From Enterococcus phage vB_EfaH_EF1TV, in sequence record MK268686.1: 24,000 nt of DNA; one strand, given 5' to 3'. Shown here piece after piece: positions 8,275 through 16,551 of this stretch. Each line of letters starts with the position of its first letter. Position 1 is the stretch's first letter. The notes beneath the pieces were generated by a model. It was not told the origin of the DNA. It worked only from the letters and a program-made list of their open reading frames with translations, and did no database searches. A program made the translations under genes and the position numbers.

Positions 8275-8400
8275 AATGTCCTATTTCATTTTTTCTATCT
8301 CCTTATATTATTATTTATAATATATAGTATTAAATATTATATATTATTATATATATATAGTATATAATATAAGAAAGACAAAAATTTAAAATAGGACATT
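8275..8400. repeat. AT-rich palindromic element, copy 2
   Basis: Bounded by the same aatgtcctatttc ... aaaataggacatt ends, with similar tttttct / ccttatatt / aatttaaaatagg internal blocks. Confidence 0.75.
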
Positions 8401-8436
8401 TTACTTAAACAAAAAAAAGAGAGCAGTTAAGCCCTC

Positions 8437-8775
8437 TTATCTTAATGAGAAATAGTTATTAATTGTTCCCAATCTGACTTCCTCATCTTCTGGTGTTTCA
8501 TCCTCTGGTTTCGTATACAAGCTAGTGATTCTTTCTGGAACATCTACTACGTTCTCAGTAGCTGTCTGTATCTGGAATGCATTTACATAAGTTAACTCAG
8601 AATCTCTATCAGCTAGTTTATGAACTGGAATCATTGGCAACTCTGCACCTTTCATTGCACCATTTACAATTGACATTGCATCATTAGTTGTTACACCGAG
8701 TCTTCTAGGGAACACAGAATATGTCCCAGATGTTAATGAAACCTCTACAACTTTCTCTCTTTTAGGGTAATTCAT
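8437..8775 (-). CDS. Hypothetical protein
   Basis: 112 aa ORF with good upstream RBS (gaaaggag). Confidence 0.75.
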   Translation of the reverse strand: MNYPKREKVVEVSLTSGTYSVFPRRLGVTTNDAMSIVNGAMKGAELPMIPVHKLADRDSELTYVNAFQIQTATENVVDVPERITSLYTKPEDETPEDEEVRLGTINNYFSLR

Positions 8776-8838
8776 GATACTTCTCCTTTCAAAATATGTT
8801 ATAATAATACTATATACTATAATAACACATTTTACAAA

Positions 8839-9183
8839 TTACTTAAACATGCTGAACACGTAAGTGACAACTGCTCCTAAGACAATCATAAAAACGTTCT
8901 CTACAATATCCCTCTTGTGGTCGAACTCTTTATCGTTTACTCCTTCCAGTGCATCTATAGTTTCTTCCAACTTAGTAATCTGGTAGGTTAGGTGTGCATA
9001 TTTTTCTTCGTGAACAGCAAGTCGCTTATCAAGACTATTGACAATATCTCTCAACTCACTAACCGCACTATTCAGTTCTACATTGTCCTGTTTAATGCCC
9101 TTCTCGGTTAGCTCTCCATGTTGGAGTTTATCTTCCAGTCGTTGTAGTCTTAAAACAAGGTCATTTACTTGGTAATCGTTCAT
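8839..9183 (-). CDS. Coiled-coil protein with C-terminal transmembrane helix
   Basis: 114 aa; long heptad-like region then VFMIVLGAVVTYVFSMF; organisation resembles XhlA-type lysis accessory proteins. Confidence 0.72.
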   Translation of the reverse strand: MNDYQVNDLVLRLQRLEDKLQHGELTEKGIKQDNVELNSAVSELRDIVNSLDKRLAVHEEKYAHLTYQITKLEETIDALEGVNDKEFDHKRDIVENVFMIVLGAVVTYVFSMFK

Positions 9184-9217
9184 ATATGCTCCTCCCTGTA
9201 AGTTATGTTGCTCTATA

Positions 9218-9478
9218 TTAGTCAGATGTAAACCACAGACAGACTAATATACCTATAATAGCGCCTACCGTGTAGACTATAGGTATATAGTACCCATTAA
9301 AAAACAAGTATAGACTACCTATACTAATTCCATAGAGCACGAAAGTGAACTTGTATGATGCCAAAGGGCTCAGTTCTGCTTGTAGTTTCTTATACTGTAG
9401 TGCACGAGTGACATAGTAGGACATCAAGTAAACAAACATTTGTAGTAACAGTACACAGACCAGTGCTGTTTCATACAT
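9218..9478 (-). CDS. Small multi-pass membrane protein
   Basis: 86 aa; about three hydrophobic segments. Confidence 0.7.
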   Translation of the reverse strand: MYETALVCVLLLQMFVYLMSYYVTRALQYKKLQAELSPLASYKFTFVLYGISIGSLYLFFNGYYIPIVYTVGAIIGILVCLWFTSD

Positions 9479-9585
9479 TATGTTGTTCCCTCCTCTCCCT
9501 TAGAGCTACTATTAATATAGTACACTGAGCTGTTAGCAAACAGGTGTGCTAAATTAATATAGAGACTAAAAATGTAGACGGGAGA

Positions 9586-9864
9586 GTGGTAAAAATGGAT
9601 AATAGCAAACGAATTATTAAAAAAATTATTTTTATTACCATCTCTGCATTAGTCATGGTTACTTTAAGTAAGCTGTTCTCTAAATATGTTATTGTAGAAC
9701 AAAATGCCCCATTTCAGGCATTAATTGGCGGTGCCTCATGTGCACTGTTATCTAGTATTCTGTTTGATTGGTATACTAATAAAAAGAAAAAAGAGAACGT
9801 AGAGAATCAACTTAAAGAAGCAATCAGTGACTTGCAGAAGATTAAAGCTATCATAAAAAGATAG
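9586..9864 (+). CDS. Small membrane protein, possible holin-like (start possibly ATG at 9595)
   Basis: 92 aa; two hydrophobic helices (IIFITISALVMVTLSKLF, FQALIGGASCALLSSILFDWY) and charged C-terminus. Confidence 0.7.
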   Translation: MVKMDNSKRIIKKIIFITISALVMVTLSKLFSKYVIVEQNAPFQALIGGASCALLSSILFDWYTNKKKKENVENQLKEAISDLQKIKAIIKR

Positions 9865-9875
9865 CCTATTAGGAG

Positions 9876-10163
9876 GTGGGATGGGTGTCTATTACCAATA
9901 AAGACATTAAGGATAAACGTAGATATATTTTTAGTCAATCTAGTAAAACAACAACTATAAAAAGAGGGGACAAACGCATAAGTAGTGCAACAAGAATATG
10001 TGCAGTTTGTGGAAGACCGCTATCTAAGCTCGTATTAAGAACAGGCGTACCGACAGTAGTAGTAGACCATATTAGCTGTAAGATTTCAGACATTGTTAGA
10101 CTAAATGTCTGTGAGGATATAAGGTCTTGTTATGCGTATTCTAGTAAGAAAGGGGAAAGCTAG
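9876..10163 (+). CDS. Small Cys/His-rich, possibly zinc-binding protein (start more likely GTG 9885)
   Basis: RICAVCGRPLSKL...VVVDHISCK; AGGAGG at 9871-9876 overlaps the annotated start but is well spaced to GTG 9885. Confidence 0.68.
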   Translation: MGWVSITNKDIKDKRRYIFSQSSKTTTIKRGDKRISSATRICAVCGRPLSKLVLRTGVPTVVVDHISCKISDIVRLNVCEDIRSCYAYSSKKGES

Positions 10164-10166
10164 CTA

Positions 10167-10595
10167 ATGGGTATGGCAGATAGACTTAAAGATAATGCAA
10201 AACAAAAAAAGTTAGAAAGAACACCAGAGCAACAACTAAGAGACACATTTAATCAAGCTTCAATAAAGCTTATCAATCAATTTATGGCTAATGTTACATC
10301 AGGTGCTATAGAAGTTGATGATATTGCAGATTTAACAAGGCTATTTCAGATTTATTTACAGGTTAATAATATAAATGATGGAATGCAAGAAGGTACAGGA
10401 ACTCTACCTGCACTTACATCTGAGCATAAAGACATCATATCTGAAAAGGTTAGCACAGAAAAGATTATTAAGGACGGTGAAGAAGAGGAGCTAATTTCTC
10501 TTGATGAGTTAGCCAGTCTTCCAGATGACCAACTTGAGGAAGTCTTAGTTAACAGAGAGTTACAGATGAACAGAGAGAACGAGGCGACCTTCTAA
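10167..10595 (+). CDS. Putative terminase small subunit
   Basis: 142 aa, stop overlaps the terL start (taATGa); position and acidic helical character; inferred from context. Confidence 0.55.
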   Translation: MGMADRLKDNAKQKKLERTPEQQLRDTFNQASIKLINQFMANVTSGAIEVDDIADLTRLFQIYLQVNNINDGMQEGTGTLPALTSEHKDIISEKVSTEKIIKDGEEEELISLDELASLPDDQLEEVLVNRELQMNRENEATF

Positions 10596-13379
10596 TGACG
10601 ACAAAAGCACAACATATAGCTAAAATGGCTAAAGAGATGTATGGCACAGATAAAATTACAACGGAGCAGTTAGCTTATATAACAGATATGCTGACCCCAT
10701 CAACGTACCTATTGAGAAATCACTCTGTGCGTAATCACCCAATAACTTTTATTATATCAGGAAGGGATGCAACAAAAGCACAGGCACACCGACCTTGGCA
10801 ACCAAAGATAATAAATGACCAACATAGAGACAAGGCAATAATTAAATCAAGACAGCTAGGGTTAAGATTAGCCCCTTTATAAAGCAATTTGTAAAGAAAA
10901 CTCTGTTAAACGGGCATAGCTGAATAATCAATAAGCTGATAAGAGAACCTAAGTCCTGAAAAGGATAGAGGCAATCCCGTGCTAAATCAGTGCAAAGCAC
11001 TGTAAATGCCTAACGACTAAATTTCTAGGTAGCTAACCAAATGGGGTTAGTGAGAACTAGATAAGAAAACCTCTTAAGAGGAAGTAAAGCAGAGCAACCT
11101 AAACCAAAAATTAGGTTGATGATATAGTCTAGTCCCCTAATAAATATCGGGAAACCGAGGGTATAACGTAAGTGAGATGGGTGTCGGTTCTATGCTACAG
11201 TTTGCAGACACACATAGTTATGATGCTGTTAAATGCTTGTATACATTCCCTAAACTAATTGGGGCTTAGGTCAGTAATGACCTTTGAAAAACTCTGTTAA
11301 ACGGGCATAGGAGAATAACCAATATCCTGATAAGAGACCCTAAACCCTAAAATAGGGCAGTGGGAATCCCGTGCTAAACCAAGCGTAAGCTTGTAAATGC
11401 CTAACGACTAAATTTCTAGGTAGCTAACCAAATGGGGTTAGTGAGAACTAGATAAGAAAACCTCTTAAGAGGAAGTAAAGCAGAGCAACCTAAACCAAAA
11501 ATTAGGTTGATGATATAGTCTAGTCCGACTGCCAAGAGCAGTGTTAAAATATAGTGAAAACTACGGTAGATTCGACAAACGAACAAATGACTAAATTTGT
11601 ACAGACAAGGTTAGACCCTGTTTTACAGAATGGGTACTACAGCACAATTGTAGACCAAGAAGTTAACTCATTAAAAGCTAAAAAAATAAGAAATAGCTTT
11701 TTGTATTTTCGTTCAAGCTCAAAACCGGGCGCTGTAGAGGGTGTCGATATTGACTATCTATCTATGGACGAGTATGACCGTGTACCTGCATTAGCAGAGG
11801 CTTCTGCGTTGGAATCCATGTCTTCCTCACCTTATAAGATAGTTAACAGATGGAGCACCCCAAGTGCCCCAGATATGGGAATACATGGACTCTTTAAAGG
11901 TTCAGACCAACATTGGTATTTACATAAATGTGAGAAATGTAATTATTATAACGAAATGAGTTATGATGCATATACACCAGAGGCTCCTGTAGAGAGTAGA
12001 GGTAACATTCTTTGTGTTAACCCAAAAGGGGTCGATGTTGTTGCTAAAACAGTAGTTGACGGCTCATTTCAGTTTGTTTGTCAAAAATGTGGAGAACCGT
12101 TAGACAGATGGTACAACGGTGTATGGGTGCCTAAATACCCTGATAGAACAAAAAATGGTCTAGGTACTAGAGGATATATGATTTCCCAAATGAACGCAGT
12201 ATGGGTAACTGCCGACCAGTTAAAGACCAAAGAACTTCAATCATTGTCTAAACAAGCCTTTTATAACTATACTCTGGGTGAATAACGCCCCTTCAATTGG
12301 CAACAATTGTCGAAAACTCTGTTAAACGGGCATAGGAAAATAACCAATATCCTGATAAGAGACCCTGCCTCCTGAAAAGGAAAGAGGGAATCCCGTGCTA
12401 AATCACTTGGTAACAAGTGTAAATGCCTAACGACTAAATTTCTAGGTAGCTAACCAAATGGGGTTAGTGAGAACTAGATAAGAAAACCTCTTAAGAGGAA
12501 GTAAAGCAGAGCAACCTAAACCAAAAAGTAGGTTGATGATATAGTCTAGTCCGACTGCCAAGAGCAGTAACAAAATACTACGAAAGTAGCGGTAGCTCGT
12601 ATCCTTATGCAGACTTGAAATTAACTGTTAACGACTCTGACGTTGATAGCCATAAGAGAAACTATTTAGTAGAACCTGCTAAAGACAGAGGTGACTATAA
12701 ATTTATATCTGTTGGTATTGACTGGGGTAACAGACATTGGGTATCTATACATGGTGTTAAAACAAATGGTACGGTAGATTTGATAAAACTTTTTTCTGTG
12801 GGTAAGTCCAACCCGCTAGACCCTAATGCAATAGATGTAGACATACAGTCTATAAAATTACAGCTAGCTCCTTACAATCCAGATATAATCGTAGCTGACG
12901 TAGGGGACTCAGGGGATAAAGTTGCTAAACTTATGCAAATTTATGGAAAAGAACGAGTTTTTGGGTGTGTCTACCCATCAACCCCTAAATCTACTGGTAA
13001 CCTAGTACCTACTTGGAGCCCACAAGCAAATAAAGTATCCGCTGACAAGTTAATGCAGAATAAACGTTACATTAACAAGATGAAAGAAGGAGAAATAGGT
13101 TACTACTCAAAACCAGATACAGAGCTTAATTTATATAAAGAGCACTGGAAGAATGTTGTTATACGTGATATTGAGGACGAAAAGACATCGACAGGTTTTA
13201 GACAAATTATCGGCAGAAAAGGTGATGACCACTACTCACAAGCAAGCGTTTATTCCATGTTAGGGTATGAGTACCTAATGAATGTATTTACAGGAGTAAA
13301 AGAGTATGGATTTGACTCTGATTGGGTGTCAACTCAATTAGCACCTACGAAACCTGATATATTTACAGAATTTGTATAG
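10595..13379 (+). CDS. terL: Terminase large subunit, interrupted by three group I introns; exons 10595-10862, 11169-11251, 11575-12279, 12600-13379
   Basis: Spliced exons 268+83+705+780 = 1836 nt = 612 codons including stop. Junction peptides ...KSRQLG-L-SEMGVGSMLQFADTHSYDAVKCLYTFP / TNEQMTKFVQTRLDPV ... QAFYNYTLG / YPYADLKLTVNDSDV form continuous TerL-like sequence. Confidence 0.93.
10863..11168 (+). ncRNA. Group I intron 1 in terL (ORF-less, ~306 nt)
   Basis: Exon ends GGGU; P1 GGGU/GCCC with U.G at the splice site; intron ends in G; contains the block shared with introns 2 and 3 and P7-like gacta/tagtc. Confidence 0.9.
11252..11574 (+). ncRNA. Group I intron 2 in terL (ORF-less, ~323 nt)
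   Basis: Exon ends CCCU; P1 CCCU/GGGG with U.G; ends ...gtagattcG; shared core. Confidence 0.9.
12280..12599 (+). ncRNA. Group I intron 3 in terL (ORF-less, ~320 nt)
   Basis: Exon ends GGGU; P1 GGGU/GCCC with U.G; ends ...ggtagctcG; shared core. Confidence 0.9.
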
Positions 13380-13385
13380 GTAGAT

Positions 13386-13426
13386 TGCCTTATTTAGTTT
13401 TAGTCAAGCTGAATAAGGCATTTTGT
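13386..13426 (+). terminator. Putative Rho-independent terminator after terL
   Basis: tgccttatt ... aataaggca 9-bp stem followed by ttttg. Confidence 0.65.
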
Positions 13427-13478
13427 ATTGTTTGATATATATTTTTGTGGTATAATAAATATAGTTAGGGGGATAGTT

Positions 13479-14267
13479 ATGGTAGACAACAATGTAAAAA
13501 TAAGTAAAAGTACAATTGAAGGACTAATAAATAAGTCTTTAAGTTATGGGTACGTTATAAAAAATAACGAATTGCTGACAAACGAATATCAACATATTGT
13601 CAAAGCGTATGGGTTTGACAATTTTTATGATATGTATCTATATGCAGATAGCTGTGATTCTAAAGATATGTATTTAGTAAAAGGTGGTCAAAAAGACTTG
13701 TCTAAGCTGAAACCTGTTAAAAGAAAAGTTGTTAGAAATGGCAAAACTATGACTACAACTATTTATGAAGATACAGGCAGTTCGGACAGCAACAATAGTA
13801 ACCCTTTAGACAAAGAGAGTAAAAAGAAAAAAGAGTTAGAGCCAGTTAATGCCAAGGAACTACATAAAGTTAGCTTAGGTAGTGATGAAGAAGAGAAGTT
13901 AGACCCTAAAAAGATAGCAAAATTGCTAGCAGACACTAAAAAATTTGGAAATAATTTTGATACGCAGTGCACTGATTATCTTATTCTTGAACAAGATTCT
14001 GTTACACGAGGAGTGGTAGGGTTTACTAGAGAAGGTTCTTATTTAAAAATGTCTTTCTCAATGTCAGATGAGGCTGTCGAAGGTATAAAGATGTTGGCTT
14101 TTTCACAGCTCACATTAAAGGCTTGGAAATTAGGTCTAGGGGCTAAGATAAGCACAGATAATGCACCTGATGTAGAGGAACTAATTAGCTTATATGGATA
14201 CAAAAGAAATAAGACAGAGTATATTGTGTCGATGAGCTCACTGCGTAGTCTTCTAGGGGAGCCTTAG
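13479..14267 (+). CDS. Hypothetical phage protein (start refined from 13428)
   Basis: ORF 13428-14267; ATG 13479 follows aggggga at good spacing, and TGGTATAATA (13448-13457) lies upstream of it, inside the longer ORF call. Confidence 0.8.
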   Translation: MVDNNVKISKSTIEGLINKSLSYGYVIKNNELLTNEYQHIVKAYGFDNFYDMYLYADSCDSKDMYLVKGGQKDLSKLKPVKRKVVRNGKTMTTTIYEDTGSSDSNNSNPLDKESKKKKELEPVNAKELHKVSLGSDEEEKLDPKKIAKLLADTKKFGNNFDTQCTDYLILEQDSVTRGVVGFTREGSYLKMSFSMSDEAVEGIKMLAFSQLTLKAWKLGLGAKISTDNAPDVEELISLYGYKRNKTEYIVSMSSLRSLLGEP

Positions 14268-14269
14268 TC

Positions 14270-15088
14270 ATAAGTGCTACGTTAGTCATTATACTAGTAT
14301 TTTCAACTATTATTTTTTTAATTTTTAATTTACTAGTAAGTAAGGTAGTTAGAGAATTTTATAACTTAAAGATGCTAGCAAAAGAGGGACTAACAGACAA
14401 AGTAACAGATATAACAAAGGATATAATGTATATATTGAAAGGAGAAATAAATAATATGGAATTAATTATGAATAATAAGAAACTAGATGAATTAACTAAT
14501 AAGGTGGCTACTGATGAGGACTACGATATTTTTGTAGAGAAGATGGGTAAGTTAGTTAAAGATTTGTATGAGAACTACCAGTTCTTACAACAAAACCCAC
14601 CAGAAGGAGACTACACATCAGGTTATTTTTTAGGGTTCCAAGTAATCAGAGCAGAATACCCAGTTGAGTATGAGAATTTATTTAGATTAGCTGTAGATAA
14701 AAATTTAAATGAACTAGAGATAAACAAGAGATTTGTCGAAGCTGTTAAGGATGGTAAAGTTTTACCACTAGGTGAGGCTATCATTGATGAATTACAAACA
14801 GGGTGTAGCTCTATACTACAGGCACAAGAAGTACGTGTAAATATTGTATTTGGTACAAAAGAATATATGGCTAAGCAAGAAGAAGAGCGTAAAGAACGTC
14901 AAGCTAAGTTAGAAGAAGAACGAGAAAGAGCTATGGAAGTACTAAAAACAAAAGATGACGTGCTTAACACATTAAGAGTAACTGAGGCTTTGGCTAATGA
15001 ATTAACAGATGAAGTCGCAGAAAAATATGATTTAATGGAGCTAGTTAACAGTATGAGAGAGGGGCTGAAAGCTCATAATGGAAATTAA
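14270..15088 (+). CDS. Membrane-anchored coiled-coil protein; the track starts at ATG 14372 but the open frame and a TM segment extend upstream
   Basis: In-frame upstream codons read (I/M)SATLVIILVFSTIIFLIFNLLVSKVVREFYNLK-MLAKEGL...; AGGGGAG at 14255-14261. Start codon uncertain (see findings). Confidence 0.72.
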   Translation: MSATLVIILVFSTIIFLIFNLLVSKVVREFYNLKMLAKEGLTDKVTDITKDIMYILKGEINNMELIMNNKKLDELTNKVATDEDYDIFVEKMGKLVKDLYENYQFLQQNPPEGDYTSGYFLGFQVIRAEYPVEYENLFRLAVDKNLNELEINKRFVEAVKDGKVLPLGEAIIDELQTGCSSILQAQEVRVNIVFGTKEYMAKQEEERKERQAKLEEERERAMEVLKTKDDVLNTLRVTEALANELTDEVAEKYDLMELVNSMREGLKAHNGN

Positions 15089-15422
15089 AAATTCTTTGGG
15101 GAAAGCTCTTATAAAAAATTTAAGATTGCTTAAAGAAAAAAGAGATGCAATGCCCGATAACTTAGAATATACAAGTCAAGTTATGATTCCTGTGCCCTAC
15201 TATCTAATAAAAAAAGGGGATAATGCAGTAGAATCATTCCTTATGTGTGCGGGGATGATAAATAGGGATAAAGATTTAGGTCTGCCTATTTCTTTAGAGA
15301 AAGGTAAGCAACAAGTTAAGCTTAACAATGGAGAACTGACAACTATTGTAGAATGTGTTGCTACTTACTCAGATAAAACTGATATTGACGGTGTAGAGAG
15401 ATTCTTAGTTGAACATCTATAA
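15078..15422 (+). CDS. Hypothetical protein
   Basis: 114 aa ORF overlapping the previous gene, with gagagggg upstream. Confidence 0.75.
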   Translation: MEIKNSLGKALIKNLRLLKEKRDAMPDNLEYTSQVMIPVPYYLIKKGDNAVESFLMCAGMINRDKDLGLPISLEKGKQQVKLNNGELTTIVECVATYSDKTDIDGVERFLVEHL

Positions 15423-15433
15423 AAATTAAATTA

Positions 15434-15492
15434 ACGAGTTCTATTTTGTGCTATATTAGATATGCATGAAATAGAACTCGTTTCTTTTTTAT
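15434..15492 (+). terminator. Strong hairpin terminator with a promoter-like motif in its loop
   Basis: aacgagttctattt / aaatagaactcgtt perfect 14-bp stem followed by tcttttttt. Confidence 0.82.
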
Positions 15493-15515
15493 GACTAACT
15501 AAGGAGGTTTAATAG

Positions 15516-16385
15516 ATGGCAGGAGAAGTATTTAGTAGCTTGATTACAAGTGTAAATCCTAACCCAATGAACGCAGGTAGCCGTAATGGTATCTCTATTG
15601 ACCGTATTATTCTACATCATAATGCAACAACAAATAAAGATGTTGCTATGAACACGTGGCTATTAGGTGGTGGTGCAGGTACGTCTGCGCACTATGAAGT
15701 CACACCAACAGAAATTATAGGGTGTGTTGGTGAGCAGTATTCAGCATTCCATGCCGGAGGCACAGGTGGTATAGATGTCCCTAAGATTGCTAACCCTAAT
15801 CAACGCTCAATCGGTATCGAAAATGTAAACTCGTCAGGAGCACCTAATTGGTCTGTAGACCCTAGAACAATTACAAATTGTGCTCGTTTAGTGGCAGATA
15901 TTTGTAAACGTTATGGTATTCCATGTGACCGACAACACGTGTTAGGACATAACGAAGTAACTGCAACAGCATGTCCCGGAGGTATGGATGTAGACGAAGT
16001 TGTACGTCAAGCTCAACAATTTATGGTAGGGGGCTCTAACAACGCAGTTAAACCAGAGCCAAGTAAACCTACACCAAGCAAACCAAGTAACAATAAAAAT
16101 AAAGAAGGAGTGGCAACTATGTATTGTTTATACGAAAGACCTATTAACTCAAAAACAGGAGTGTTAGAGTGGAATGGTGATGCATGGACAGTTATGTTTT
16201 GTAATGGAGTAAATTGTCGTAGAGTATCCCACCCAGATGAAATGAAAGTAATTGAGGATATTTACAGAAAAAACAACGGAAAAGACATCCCGTTCTACAG
16301 CCAAAAAGAGTGGAATAAAAATGCACCATGGTATAACAGATTAGAGACAGTATGTCCAGTAATAGGTATTACTAAAAAATCTTAA
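15516..16385 (+). CDS. Endolysin, N-acetylmuramoyl-L-alanine amidase (Amidase_2)
   Basis: 289 aa; IDRIILHHNATT, AHYEV, GIENVN, HVLGHNEVTATACPG; Pro-rich linker, then C-terminal candidate wall-binding region. Confidence 0.94.
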   Translation: MAGEVFSSLITSVNPNPMNAGSRNGISIDRIILHHNATTNKDVAMNTWLLGGGAGTSAHYEVTPTEIIGCVGEQYSAFHAGGTGGIDVPKIANPNQRSIGIENVNSSGAPNWSVDPRTITNCARLVADICKRYGIPCDRQHVLGHNEVTATACPGGMDVDEVVRQAQQFMVGGSNNAVKPEPSKPTPSKPSNNKNKEGVATMYCLYERPINSKTGVLEWNGDAWTVMFCNGVNCRRVSHPDEMKVIEDIYRKNNGKDIPFYSQKEWNKNAPWYNRLETVCPVIGITKKS

Positions 16386-16395
16386 TACTAGATTT

Positions 16396-16422
16396 AAGAC
16401 CATCTTAGGGTGGTCTTTTTTC
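16396..16422 (+). terminator. Rho-independent terminator
   Basis: aagaccatc-ttag-ggtggtctt followed by a T tract. Confidence 0.85.
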
Positions 16423-16551
16423 TTTCTTTGTAATATTCGTAATAATATGTAATGGCTATGTAACCGCTTGTTATTTTGGCTGTAACAATTACATGTTATA
16501 TTAGTTCTTGTAAGCAACACAAATAAAGAAAACATTGAGGAGAATTTTATT

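Noticed and set aside
8092-8400. CRISPR array
   Set aside because: Only two copies of a long palindromic AT-rich unit, with no short regular direct repeats or unique spacers.
11554-11574. GTG start MKTTVDS for a middle terL gene
   Set aside because: These 21 nt belong to the 3' end of intron 2; the exon begins at 11575 (TNEQM).
10595-13379. terL as a pseudogene or three separate genes
   Set aside because: Splicing out three group-I-like inserts restores one uninterrupted frame, so intron interruption is a better explanation than decay.
13763-13972. 69-aa minus-strand ORF
   Set aside because: Antisense to the 13479-14267 CDS.
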